Assembly (NCBI GenBank): GCA_963666835.2
Contig: CAXXGO010000006.1
Span: 1,184,001-1,248,000, forward strand
DNA length: 64,000 nt
Direction: 5' to 3'
DNA from: Phycisphaerae bacterium
Lineage (GTDB): Bacteria; Planctomycetota; Phycisphaerae; UBA1845
Part shown: in pieces, positions 1 to 8,811 of the stretch
Layout of the letters: every line of letters begins with the position of its first letter
Numbering within the stretch: position 1 is the stretch's first letter
Notes under the pieces: generated by a model
Database searches by the model: none
Told to the model about the DNA's origin: nothing
The model's input: the letters and a program-made list of their open reading frames with translations, nothing else
Position numbers and translations under genes: made by a program

Positions 1-80
1 TGTTGGTCTGCGATGCTTGGGTGCAAGTTGCGTTGTGCGCGGCGGATGTGCGCCGAGAAAAGACTCCCGACCCCTTTTTT
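1..80. mobile_element. Palindromic MITE/REP-like element, copy 1 (left end cut by window edge)
   Basis: Ends in GAGAAAAGACTCCCGACCCCTTTTTT (55-80). The preceding internal segment tgttggtctgcgatgc...caagtt...tgtgcg matches the copies at 1291 and 2393. Confidence 0.75.
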
Positions 81-209
81 GGGGACGACAGGACCGAGAG
101 TCCATTCTCGGTCCTGATAGGCCGCCGAGAAACGAATCTCGGCCGGAGACTCGGAACCACTCGCCGATTGCCGCTGCTGCATCGAGCAACGGTCCGTGGC
201 CTCACGTAC

Positions 210-1256
210 TTAGCTTGTACCCGTGTCGGGTTCTTGCCTTCTCCTGATCACGCAGGTCGCGGCCGAGACGAGCAGAAGAGCCATCACGATCATCCCCCAG
301 CCGGACACCGTTGGCGTTTCTCCGGGTCCGGGATCGGGGTTAATGACGCGTAACACGCTGATCCAGGTTTCTGCGGTACCATTTTCGAAGATGATCGCGT
401 GTCTGCCGTCGATCATGGCATCTCGATCTTCTATCGAAGTCAAGGTGTATGTGCCGTGCATCGGGTTTTCGCAATCCGAGGTTCCGACCGTACCGCACAG
501 ATCGGCGGCCACATGCGATTCCTCGGCGTTGCAGGTTGCGTAACCAACATCAACGCGGGTCCTTCCGGTGAAGCTCCCCGGCGATGTGGTCGGATCGAAA
601 TCGATGTCATACTCCACTTCCCACGTGGCTGAGTTCAGCGTCATGTAGCCCCCCACATCCGGATCCGGATTACCGGGATCCTCCGTGCATGACGTGTGCA
701 TGGCCATACGGTAATGCGAGGGCGGATCTTTGGCGAGGCCGGCCCAGGCTTCTCCGCCGGCGCCCTGGTGAGTCGTATCGGCGTTGAACGTAACGGTCCC
801 GTTGCCCAGGTCATCCAGTTCGTCCGGGAGTATGGTGAAGGTGCCCTTCAGGGGATTGGGGCAACTTCCGGTACAGATCGTGTGGATGAGGTCCGCCGAG
901 GCTGTGCTGCAAGTCGGATAGCCGGCGGCGTTCGCATACACGGCGGCGTTGTCGATCGTAACGTCTCCGCCGGGTGGGTCGGGTGCCACAATTCTGACGT
1001 AGTAGGTCACCTTCATGGTTATGGTATTGACGTCGAAGACGCCATATATTACGGGATCTGCTCCCGAGGGGTCGCCGGAGTCCAACATGGAGCATTGCTC
1101 GTCGAGCAGTGGAGCATAGCGGAACTCTACGGCGTAGACCGGCGAACTCGCCAGCATCATTAGAACTGTCACGCCGAGCGAAAGATGACGCAAGCGTGTC
1201 CGTTTCTCGGTGGGGATACGGGCTCGAGCCCGCCTTTTTGATTTACCGAAGTTCAT
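210..1256 (-). CDS. Secreted Cys-rich protein with two divergent CHRD-like repeats and an IPTL-CTERM-type C-terminal sorting signal
   Basis: RBS GGAGGAG. Signal peptide ends SPVYA|VEF. C-terminus ETPTVSGWGMIVMALLLVSAATCVIRRR resembles IPTLSEWG-TM-basic. Internal duplication is present. ELDDLGNGTVTFNADTTHQGAGGEAWAGL follows the CHRD C-terminal pattern (CHRD call tentative). Confidence 0.7.
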   Translation of the reverse strand: MNFGKSKRRARARIPTEKRTRLRHLSLGVTVLMMLASSPVYAVEFRYAPLLDEQCSMLDSGDPSGADPVIYGVFDVNTITMKVTYYVRIVAPDPPGGDVTIDNAAVYANAAGYPTCSTASADLIHTICTGSCPNPLKGTFTILPDELDDLGNGTVTFNADTTHQGAGGEAWAGLAKDPPSHYRMAMHTSCTEDPGNPDPDVGGYMTLNSATWEVEYDIDFDPTTSPGSFTGRTRVDVGYATCNAEESHVAADLCGTVGTSDCENPMHGTYTLTSIEDRDAMIDGRHAIIFENGTAETWISVLRVINPDPGPGETPTVSGWGMIVMALLLVSAATCVIRRRQEPDTGTS

Positions 1257-1290
1257 CCGTTCTCCTCCAGGACTAAAAGGGGGTCGGACT

Positions 1291-1406
1291 AAAAGGGGGT
1301 CGGGAGTCTCTTGTCTCCTGTTGTCGTGTTAGTCTGCGGTGCATGTGCCCAAGTTCCTCTGTGCGAGGCGGACGTGCGGCGAGAAAAGACTCCCGACCCC
1401 TTTTTT
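1291..1406. mobile_element. Palindromic MITE/REP-like element, copy 2
   Basis: AAAAGGGGGTCGGGAGTCTCTT...GAGAAAAGACTCCCGACCCCTTTTTT terminal inverted repeats. A 16-bp tandem duplication GACTAAAAGGGGGTCG lies at 1271-1302. Confidence 0.75.
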
Positions 1407-2378
1407 GAAGACGAGGGTTCCGCCAATGCACAGCATAAGCACCATCACGATCATTCCCCATTCGGACGTCGTTGGTACGTCAGGAAACTGATCAGCGGGC
1501 ACGACGTCGATCCAGATGGTAGCGGTTCCGTCGTCAAGGACGACGGTGTGGCGTCCGGCCAGCATGGCGTCTTTGTCGGCCACGGTCGCCAGGTTATACG
1601 TGCCGTGCATCGGGCTGTCACAGGCCGGTGTTCCCCCGGTGCCGCAAAGGTCGGCAACTTCGCCGCCGGCGTCACACGATACGTAATCGACATCGACGTA
1701 GACCTTGCCCGTGAACCCTCCCGGTGCGCCGCTCGGATTAAAACCGATATCGAATTCCACATTACCGGTGGCGTAGTCCAGTTTGAAATACCCGGCTACT
1801 TCCGGATCGGGGTTGGGGGGATCTTCCGTGCATTCGGCGTGAGCGCTGGCGCGGCAGTGTCCGGGTGGGTCTTTGAGCAGATCCACCCAGACCTCGCCGC
1901 TGACCGCTTGATGGGTCGTGCTGATGAACACGGAGTGGGTCTGACCAACCATGTCGTTCAGCTCTTGGGCCGTAAGACTATAGCTGCCGTACAGGGGGTT
2001 GGGACAGCTTCCGTTGCACAGTGTCTCGACGATGGTGGCCGAAGCTGTGCTGCACGTCGGATAGCCGGTAACACCGGAGTAGACCGTGGCGTCATCGATC
2101 GTAAGGTCTCCGCTCGGTGGTACCACTCTGATGTAGTACGTCAGCCTCCGAGGCGTGGCGCTAATATCGAATACGCCGTACACCGTCGGGTCGGGGGCAG
2201 ACGGGTTCCCGGGGTCAAGCTTGGTGCATCCGGCGTCGAGCAGTGGATCGTAGCAGAACTCGACGGCGTGTACGGGCAAGCTCGCCAGTGCAGTGAAGAC
2301 GATAGCGCCGAAGCGAAAAAAGGGGTCGGGAGTCTTTTCTCTCCCCCGCACGCCTTTTTTAGGCTGTGACGTGAACAT
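1329..2378 (-). CDS. Paralog of 210-1256: secreted CHRD-like IPTL-CTERM protein
   Basis: Collinear similarity (VEF.Y.PLLD..C..LD.G.PS..DP..YGVFD; GYPTCSTASA; GSCPNPL.G; ADLCGT; PMHGTY). Sorting signal DVPTTSEWGMIVMVLMLCIGGTLVFKK. Confidence 0.75.
   Translation of the reverse strand: MFTSQPKKGVRGREKTPDPFFRFGAIVFTALASLPVHAVEFCYDPLLDAGCTKLDPGNPSAPDPTVYGVFDISATPRRLTYYIRVVPPSGDLTIDDATVYSGVTGYPTCSTASATIVETLCNGSCPNPLYGSYSLTAQELNDMVGQTHSVFISTTHQAVSGEVWVDLLKDPPGHCRASAHAECTEDPPNPDPEVAGYFKLDYATGNVEFDIGFNPSGAPGGFTGKVYVDVDYVSCDAGGEVADLCGTGGTPACDSPMHGTYNLATVADKDAMLAGRHTVVLDDGTATIWIDVVPADQFPDVPTTSEWGMIVMVLMLCIGGTLVFKKGVGSLFSPHVRLAQRNLGTCTAD
2316..2342. repeat. Solo half (one terminal repeat) of the palindromic element inside the 5' coding region of 1329-2378
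   Basis: AAAAAAGGGGTCGGGAGTCTTTTCTCT, which reads as REKTPDPFF on the minus strand. Confidence 0.8.
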
Positions 2379-2392
2379 GGCTCTTCTCCGAG

Positions 2393-2508
2393 AAAAAAGG
2401 GGTCGGGAGTCTTTTCTCTCCTATTCTTGTGTTGGTCTGCGATGCGTGTGCGCAAGTTCCTCTGCACGAAACGAATGTGCGCGGAGAAAAGACTCCCGAC
2501 CCCTTTTT
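2393..2508. mobile_element. Palindromic MITE/REP-like element, copy 3 (most intact)
   Basis: AAAAAGGGGTCGGGAGTCTTTTCTC ... GAGAAAAGACTCCCGACCCCTTTTT perfect ~25-bp inverted repeats around a conserved ~65-bp core. Confidence 0.8.
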
Positions 2509-2591
2509 GGGGCCGATCTACAACGGCCTCGATTCTAACGGGTCGTTGTGGGCGAGGCAAAGCAAATCTCTCCTACACGCGGAGCGCTCGA

Positions 2592-5261
2592 ATGCCGGCG
2601 CGTGACGCACGCCGTTTGACCGACTATGATCACACGAACAGGAACTCCCGGGCAACTTGCACTTCAAAGGATATCGCAGTGTGCGACCCCGAGCGCGAGT
2701 CATCTTCCGACCATCGCTCTGCGAATGACCAGTCGCCAACCGCCGGTGATGAGGCGCTGCTTGCGCGCGCTAAGGAGGCGTTCGACGACATCGGTAGCAG
2801 TCGCCGTTCTGTATCCGCTGCCGGGCGTCCGATGATGGTGGGAGCCTACCGCGTCGTCTCCGTGCTCGGCGAGGGAGGGATGGGGATAGTCTATGAGGCG
2901 GAGCAACAGCACCCTAAAAGACCGGTTGCGCTGAAGGTGGTGCGTAGCGAGCGGCGGATCGATCAGCATTACATTCGTTTGTTCCAGCGGGAGGCCCAGA
3001 CTCTGGCGCGGGTCCGGCACCCGAACATCGCGGCCATCTACGAGTCCGGCTGCACGAACGGTGGGCAGCATTTCTTTGCCATGGAATTGGTGCGGGGTGT
3101 ACGCTTGAACGCATACGTTCAAGCCCGCGGGCTGAATCTCCGGGAACGCCTGGAGATGTTCTGTGTCATCTGCGAGGCGATCAACTATGCCCATCAACGT
3201 GGGGTGATTCACCGGGACCTCAAACCGTCGAATATCCTGATCGACGCGGACGGACATCCGAAGATCCTCGATTTCGGGCTGGCTCGGATAACCGACGTGG
3301 ACATCGCGGTTACGACGATTGTAACTGAGGTCGGGCGGATCCAAGGCACTCTGCCCTACATGAGCCCGGAGCAGGCCCGCGGCAATCCGGACGAGATTGA
3401 CCTGAGGAGCGATGTCTACTCGTTGGGCGTAATCCTCTACGAGCTGGCCACCGATGCGCTGCCGTACGATACCTCGGGCACCATGCTTCACGAGACGGTG
3501 CGCTGCATCTGCGAGGACGAACCGCGCCGCCCGAGTGCCGTTAAGCGCAGCCTCCGCGGTGATCTCGAGACGGTCATACTCAAGGCACTTTCCAAGGAGC
3601 CGGCTCGCCGTTATGCCAGCGCATCGGCACTAGGTGAGGACGTCGAACGCTATCTGGCGAACCAGCCGATCCTCGCCCGTCCCCCCAGCAGCCTCTATCA
3701 GATCCGCAAACTGGTTGCCCGCCACAAGGCGCCTTCGGTGTTCGCGGTCGTCGTGCTTGTGCTGATCGCCTCTTTCGGAGTGTGGATGCGGTCACTCTAC
3801 CAGGCGGAGCACGTTCAGCGCCGCATCGCTATTGAGAACCGGGATCTGGCTCTCGAAGCGGAAAGCCGCGCTGCGAAAGAGGCCGCCACGGCCACCCAGG
3901 TAGTGCGCTTCCTTGAAGGGCTGTTCTCGGCGTCTGATCCGAATCAGACGCGAAGAAGAGAGATCACCGCGCGTGAGATTCTCGATCGGGGGGCCGCGCG
4001 GATCTCGTCAGAGCTTGACGGGCAACCCGCGGTCGAGGCTGGGATCAGAGACGTTATCGGTGTCGTGTATCGACGCCTGGGGTTGTACGATCAGGCGACC
4101 GAGCAATTGAAGGAGGCCGTGCGTCTGCGCCGCGCGGTCTTCGGTGATGAGCACCTTGAATTGGCCGACAGCCTCTACGAGTTGGCTCTGTCGGTGAAAC
4201 ACCAAGCGGACTACGACGACGCAGAGGAGCTGCTTCGGGAAGCTCTGACGATCCGCCGATCTTTGCTGGGGAATGAGGATCCGCTGGTGGCTTGGACCCT
4301 GCTGGTTTTGGGGGCGACTCAAGTGAACAAGGGTGACTACGCCCTGGCCGAGCCATCCCTGCGCGAAGCTCTCGCCATCCAACAGAAAGTGCTCGGGGCA
4401 GAGGACGAGCACGTGTCCGTGACTTTGCAGAAGCTGGGGGATTTGCGGTGCATTCGCGGGGACTATGTGGAGGCGGAGGCTCTGGTCCGCCGGGCTCTGG
4501 CGATGCGCATCAGGTTGCTGGGCGAAGAGCACCCCGATGTCGAGGACGGGCACGAGTCCTTAGCCGCCGTGTTGCGCGCCACGGGCAGGTATGTCGAGGC
4601 TGAGCAGGAGATTCGCGGAGCCCAGGAGATTACGGGAAGCACGTTCAAGGATGAGCACCCGTACTCGGCCTCCGTGTTGGTGTGGCTGGGTGGACTACGC
4701 CACGACCAGAGTGACCTGGCCGCGGCGGAGTCCCACCTCCGGCGCGCGTTGGCTTTGTACGGCGAACGTCTGCAGCCGGATCACCCGCACGTGGGCAGCA
4801 CCAAGAACGAGTTGGCATGGGTCCGGCTGGATCAGGCGGATTATGTCGAGGCAGAGTCACTCTTTCTCGAGGCCCGGACGATTTACCGGGTTAGCTTGGG
4901 TGAGAAACACCCTCGCGTTGGGAGTCCGACCCTTGGGCTAGCCCGAGCGACGCTGGCGCGGGGAGACCTGCGGCGGGCCGAGGCTCTCGCGCGGGAGGTG
5001 GAGTCCATCTATCGAGACGTCTTTGCGGACGGGCATTGGGCGGTTGCCTCCGCCGAGAGCGTTCTCGGTGCGGTTCTAACTGCGCGGGGGAGTTACGATG
5101 AGGCCGAGCCCCTGGTGAAAGGTGGTTACTCGGCGATGAAGGCGGTGCGCGGCCCGCAGGACCGCTATGTTCTGCAGGCTCTGGAACGTGTGATCGAGTT
5201 GTATGAGGCGTGGGGCAAGCCGGACGAGGTCGCTGCGTGGCAGGCCCGGCGGAAGGACTGA
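2592..5261 (+). CDS. Hanks-type Ser/Thr protein kinase with TM helix and C-terminal TPR array
   Basis: LGEGGMGIVY, VALKV, HRDLKPSN, DFGLA, GTLPYMSPEQ, DVYSLG. TM SVFAVVVLVLIASFGVWM. Repeated A..L.R.AL......LG..HP TPRs. Start uncertain: the 2427 start lies inside the repeat element. Confidence 0.92.
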   Translation: MPARDARRLTDYDHTNRNSRATCTSKDIAVCDPERESSSDHRSANDQSPTAGDEALLARAKEAFDDIGSSRRSVSAAGRPMMVGAYRVVSVLGEGGMGIVYEAEQQHPKRPVALKVVRSERRIDQHYIRLFQREAQTLARVRHPNIAAIYESGCTNGGQHFFAMELVRGVRLNAYVQARGLNLRERLEMFCVICEAINYAHQRGVIHRDLKPSNILIDADGHPKILDFGLARITDVDIAVTTIVTEVGRIQGTLPYMSPEQARGNPDEIDLRSDVYSLGVILYELATDALPYDTSGTMLHETVRCICEDEPRRPSAVKRSLRGDLETVILKALSKEPARRYASASALGEDVERYLANQPILARPPSSLYQIRKLVARHKAPSVFAVVVLVLIASFGVWMRSLYQAEHVQRRIAIENRDLALEAESRAAKEAATATQVVRFLEGLFSASDPNQTRRREITAREILDRGAARISSELDGQPAVEAGIRDVIGVVYRRLGLYDQATEQLKEAVRLRRAVFGDEHLELADSLYELALSVKHQADYDDAEELLREALTIRRSLLGNEDPLVAWTLLVLGATQVNKGDYALAEPSLREALAIQQKVLGAEDEHVSVTLQKLGDLRCIRGDYVEAEALVRRALAMRIRLLGEEHPDVEDGHESLAAVLRATGRYVEAEQEIRGAQEITGSTFKDEHPYSASVLVWLGGLRHDQSDLAAAESHLRRALALYGERLQPDHPHVGSTKNELAWVRLDQADYVEAESLFLEARTIYRVSLGEKHPRVGSPTLGLARATLARGDLRRAEALAREVESIYRDVFADGHWAVASAESVLGAVLTARGSYDEAEPLVKGGYSAMKAVRGPQDRYVLQALERVIELYEAWGKPDEVAAWQARRKD

Positions 5262-5300
5262 GCGATCGGGGGGGGGACCGAACTTGCCAGTCGCACGGCC

Positions 5301-5826
5301 GCGGCGGGGTCGACCCCTCGTTGTTCTACGCATCATTCGACGCATTCACCAACTGCAGCCGTTCGATCTCTGATCTCGATTCTCCAGCCCGAAGGGCTCA
5401 GATGAAGTAGCCGGGGGCAACGCCGCGCAGCGGACGCCGCCCCCGGACCCGATCCCCGCAACCTCCCTGACTCTAGGGGTCAAATGGGCCCGGCGAATGT
5501 GCCTCGCGACACCCGCTTCGTAGGGCACGGTCGAGGAACGAGACCTGCCATCGGTTTCTTAAAGAGGTTGGGCAGCGGAAACAGACGCGTGGTTCATCAA
5601 CGCCGCCTCTCTCGCCCTTCAGGGTGATTGGGGTTGTTGGGCTCCCACCCGGGGGCGGCGGCCGCTGCGCGGCGTTGCCCCCGGCTACTATCTTGCAGGC
5701 TTTCAGCCTGAACAACGAACCGGCCTGCAGCTTGTCAGGCTGGGGAATGCGTCGCCGCGGAGTCGGACGGATACGCTTCGCTCGCCCGGCAAAGATGTGT
5801 AGAACAACGAGGGATCAACCCGGCGG
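5301..5826. repeat. Nested inverted-repeat (REP/MITE-like) structure between convergent genes
   Basis: 5407-5446 and 5649-5688 are a 39/40-nt inverted repeat. 5301-5337 and 5791-5826 form an imperfect outer inverted repeat. Short GAA-loop hairpins are present (AGCCCGAAGGGCT, CAGGCTTTCAGCCTG, GCCCTTCAGGGT). Confidence 0.75.
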
Positions 5827-7638
5827 GCGGGGGATGCCCAGCCGAACGAAAATGTCATCATATTGGCACTGCAGGTGCTCGCGGGAAGGCCCGCCTTGCA
5901 GGTGGGACCAGGGGAAGATCTCGTCGCGTCCGCGTTCGCGGTGGGCGTACCAAGCCGGATCGATTCCCGTGGCGGTGAACGCGGATGTCCACACGTCCGC
6001 CCGGAAATGTTCATCCCAGCTATCGAATCGCGCTCCCGCCCGGTAGGCGTGTTCGATTGCGTCGGCCAGGCGGCGATCGCCGCGGGCGAAGACCCCTTCG
6101 AGGATGGAGCGTTCGACCAGATGGGTCTTAATGCGGACGCCGCCTTTCTTCTTTTTGGAGCCTTTGGCGGTGCCCCACAGGAGGCTTTGCAGCCTGATGC
6201 GAGCCTCGTGGAAGTACTCGGCCGTGGCTTGGGCGGACCACTGCATGGGGGTGTGGGGCTTGGGAACCAGCCAACCGACCGACGCGTTGACCCGGGCGGG
6301 TCCTTTGCCGAGCTCCCGCCGGATTTCCGAGACCTGGCGGGCGACGTGGACGATGCCGTCGATATCCTCCGGGCGTTCACCGGGGAACCCGCACATGAAA
6401 TAGAGCTTGACCGTGTGCCAGCCGGCCGCATAGGCCTGGCGGACCCCGTCGAGCAGATCTCCTTTCGTGACGGTTTTGTGGATGGCCTCGCGCATATCCT
6501 GGCTGGCCGCCTCGATGGCCATGGTCAGCCCGCTCTTGCGTACGGAGCCGGCCATCCAGGGAATATCCTGGAGCATCTTGTCGATCCGTAGCGAGGGCAA
6601 CGAAATGTTGACCCGCCGCGGGGCGAAGCGTTCGTTGATTCGCTCGGCGAGTTCCCGCAGTTGCGGATACTCGCCGGTGGACAGTGAGAGGAGTCCGAGT
6701 TCGTCCATGCCGGTAGCACGGTACATCTTCTCGGCCAGATCGAGAATCGTGGCGACGGAGCGAACTCGGATCGGTCTCTTCGTGTGCCCGGCGTGACAAA
6801 ATCGGCAGCGCCGGGGGCATCCGCGCATTATTTCTACGGCCATGCGGTCGTGGACGACCTCAACATGGGGCACGAGGGGACGTTCGGGAAACGGGGCGGC
6901 GTCAAAGTCGCGGGTCCCACAACGCCGGATGCTCTCGGGGATGCCGGCGCAGGCGGGGACGATGGACTCTATTGTGCCATCACTGTGGCATGACACGTCG
7001 TAGAGTGCCGGAGCATAGATCCACTCGAAACGTTTCGCGAGAGCCTCGATCATTTCACGCCGCGGCGTATTGTCGGCTTTGAGTTCCTTAGCCGCTTGGA
7101 TAATGGCGGCGGTGGAGTCTTCACCATCGCCCAGAACGACCAGGTCGAGGAACGGGGCGACCGGCTCGGGGTTATCGGCCTGTGGCCCGCCGGCGATAAC
7201 CAGGGGATGGCGGTCGTCGCGCTGCGCGGCCCGCAGGGGGATGTCGGACAGGTCGAGCAGTTGGAGCATCGAGGTGTAGGCCATCTCGTGCTGCAGGGAC
7301 ACGGCCAGGATGTCCGCGGAGCTGACCGGTTGGCGGGTATCCCAGGTGAACAGCTCGATCTTCTTGTGACGCATGAGTGACTCTGCGTCGGGGGCGGGGC
7401 AATACACTCGTTCGGCGCAACAGCCCTCAGTGTGGTTGATTATCCAGTAGATAATCTGGCAACCGAGGTGGCTCATTCCGATGGCGTACGTGTCCGGGAA
7501 CGCTACGGCGACCCGCAAATCGGCCGCCTGCCAGTCGCCGGGCTCGACGAGCTGGTTAATTTCTCGCCCGATGTACTGGCCCGGCTGACCTACGAACGGC
7601 AACAGCTCAAGTCGTACGCGGTCTGTGAGTTCCTTCAC
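5815..7638 (-). CDS. B12-binding-type radical SAM protein, TIGR03960-like family
   Basis: CxxxCxxC (RGCPRRCRFC). N-terminal PGQYIGREIN, FPDTYAIGMSHLG and AGGP..NPEP. KLYFM.G.P.E, VPKPHTP.QW and GARFD.W.E are also typical of this family. Confidence 0.88.
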   Translation of the reverse strand: MKELTDRVRLELLPFVGQPGQYIGREINQLVEPGDWQAADLRVAVAFPDTYAIGMSHLGCQIIYWIINHTEGCCAERVYCPAPDAESLMRHKKIELFTWDTRQPVSSADILAVSLQHEMAYTSMLQLLDLSDIPLRAAQRDDRHPLVIAGGPQADNPEPVAPFLDLVVLGDGEDSTAAIIQAAKELKADNTPRREMIEALAKRFEWIYAPALYDVSCHSDGTIESIVPACAGIPESIRRCGTRDFDAAPFPERPLVPHVEVVHDRMAVEIMRGCPRRCRFCHAGHTKRPIRVRSVATILDLAEKMYRATGMDELGLLSLSTGEYPQLRELAERINERFAPRRVNISLPSLRIDKMLQDIPWMAGSVRKSGLTMAIEAASQDMREAIHKTVTKGDLLDGVRQAYAAGWHTVKLYFMCGFPGERPEDIDGIVHVARQVSEIRRELGKGPARVNASVGWLVPKPHTPMQWSAQATAEYFHEARIRLQSLLWGTAKGSKKKKGGVRIKTHLVERSILEGVFARGDRRLADAIEHAYRAGARFDSWDEHFRADVWTSAFTATGIDPAWYAHRERGRDEIFPWSHLQGGPSREHLQCQYDDIFVRLGIPRPPG

Positions 7639-7711
7639 GATACGTTCCTGTATTCAATTTTTACATAAAAACTGCAGCCAGGCAGAGCGTTCATGTCCTG
7701 TAACGATAGCG

Positions 7712-7730
7712 TTGTCAACTATCTTGACAA
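7712..7730. promoter_or_regulatory. Perfect inverted repeat giving back-to-back TTGACA hexamers in a divergent promoter region
   Basis: TTGTCAA-CTATC-TTGACAA in an AT-rich intergenic region between divergent genes. No convincing -10 boxes found. Confidence 0.4.
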
Positions 7731-7863
7731 GTGTCGAACGATCAGTGTTTGGTCGAACGGCGTGTTTTGCCGATGAGTCTAATAGCGTGGAATTTTGTGG
7801 AATCGTGTATCATCAATTGTGTTGCGTTTTCCCGAGGTTCCGTGTAGGCTGTTAGTCAGCGCT

Positions 7864-8805
7864 ATGTATAGGATTAGCCATCCATCCCGGGTTTTGAGCC
7901 GTCGGCGTGGCGGTGCAAGACGACAGGCGACGACATTAATCGAGTTGCTTGTTGTGGTGGGGATCATCGGCTTGCTGATCAGCATGCTCATTCCTTCGCT
8001 CAAGCGCACCATGCGGCTGGCGGCATCGACGGTTTGCATGCACAACCTGGTGCAGATCGGGAATTCGCTGACGATGTATCGGGTGGACAGTGACGGGTGG
8101 TTGCCGACGGATCTTGCGACGGATGATGCAAGTGAAGCGGGCACCGTCGCGGGCATGGGCGATGATGACGCTTGGTTCCAACGGCTGTACCCGACGTACA
8201 TGAGCGATCTTCTGGTGATGACCTGTCCGGAGGATCCGTATCGCTATCAGATGGAGGAAGCCATCCGGCGGTGGGATGATCCATCGCTCAAGCAGCATCC
8301 GGACGATCCCGATATTGGGGACTGCGCCAGCTACGGCATAAACGGGTTTATCATGACGGCGGGGGGAGGCAAGCTGGCGGACCTTGACCGCCATCCGGCG
8401 AAGCGCCCGTTGGATACTATTCTCGTGACGGACCTTGGCCCGGACAGCCTGCGAATAGCGTCGAATCGGGCGAGTTCGAGCGGCTCGGGCAAGACCGGCA
8501 TGCGCCGGGAAGGGGCGGTCGCCCGTTGGGATGACGGGTATGATCCGCTCGTGGTCCAGGAAGAAGCCCCCTGGGTGACTCGGCGACACGGGCATGGCAT
8601 CAACATGTTGACAGTTGCTAACGGAGTCCGGTCCGCCCGGACTGTGGATGTCATGCGTGAGTCAGTCCGCGTGTACTACGAAGACTGTGCCGCCGGCGGG
8701 TGCGCGTTGTGCAACCGCACCGACCCCAGCAGACCTTTCATCTATCACTGCTCCTTCGCCAAGGACCGTTTGTTCTGGTGGACCGGGTCCACGAACGTCG
8801 ATTAA
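7864..8805 (+). CDS. Prepilin-type N-terminal cleavage/methylation domain protein (Planctomycete DUF1559/H-X9-DG-like)
   Basis: RRQA|TTLIELLVVVGIIGLLISMLIPSL, CMHNLVQIG, CPED, SYGIN, and C-terminal RRHGHGINMLTVANG. Start taken as ATG 7864. Confidence 0.85.
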   Translation: MYRISHPSRVLSRRRGGARRQATTLIELLVVVGIIGLLISMLIPSLKRTMRLAASTVCMHNLVQIGNSLTMYRVDSDGWLPTDLATDDASEAGTVAGMGDDDAWFQRLYPTYMSDLLVMTCPEDPYRYQMEEAIRRWDDPSLKQHPDDPDIGDCASYGINGFIMTAGGGKLADLDRHPAKRPLDTILVTDLGPDSLRIASNRASSSGSGKTGMRREGAVARWDDGYDPLVVQEEAPWVTRRHGHGINMLTVANGVRSARTVDVMRESVRVYYEDCAAGGCALCNRTDPSRPFIYHCSFAKDRLFWWTGSTNVD

Positions 8806-8811
8806 GAGCAC

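Noticed and set aside
1..2508. CRISPR array or integron attC cassette array suggested by recurring ~25-bp repeats
   Set aside because: Repeats occur as inverted pairs around a conserved core and are separated by ~1-kb genes. There are no unique 30-40-bp spacers, cas genes, integrase or clear RYYYAAC/GTTRRRY ends.
2427..2591. N-terminal extension of the kinase as given in the ORF track
   Set aside because: The start falls inside the palindromic element and the translated sequence is repeat-derived.
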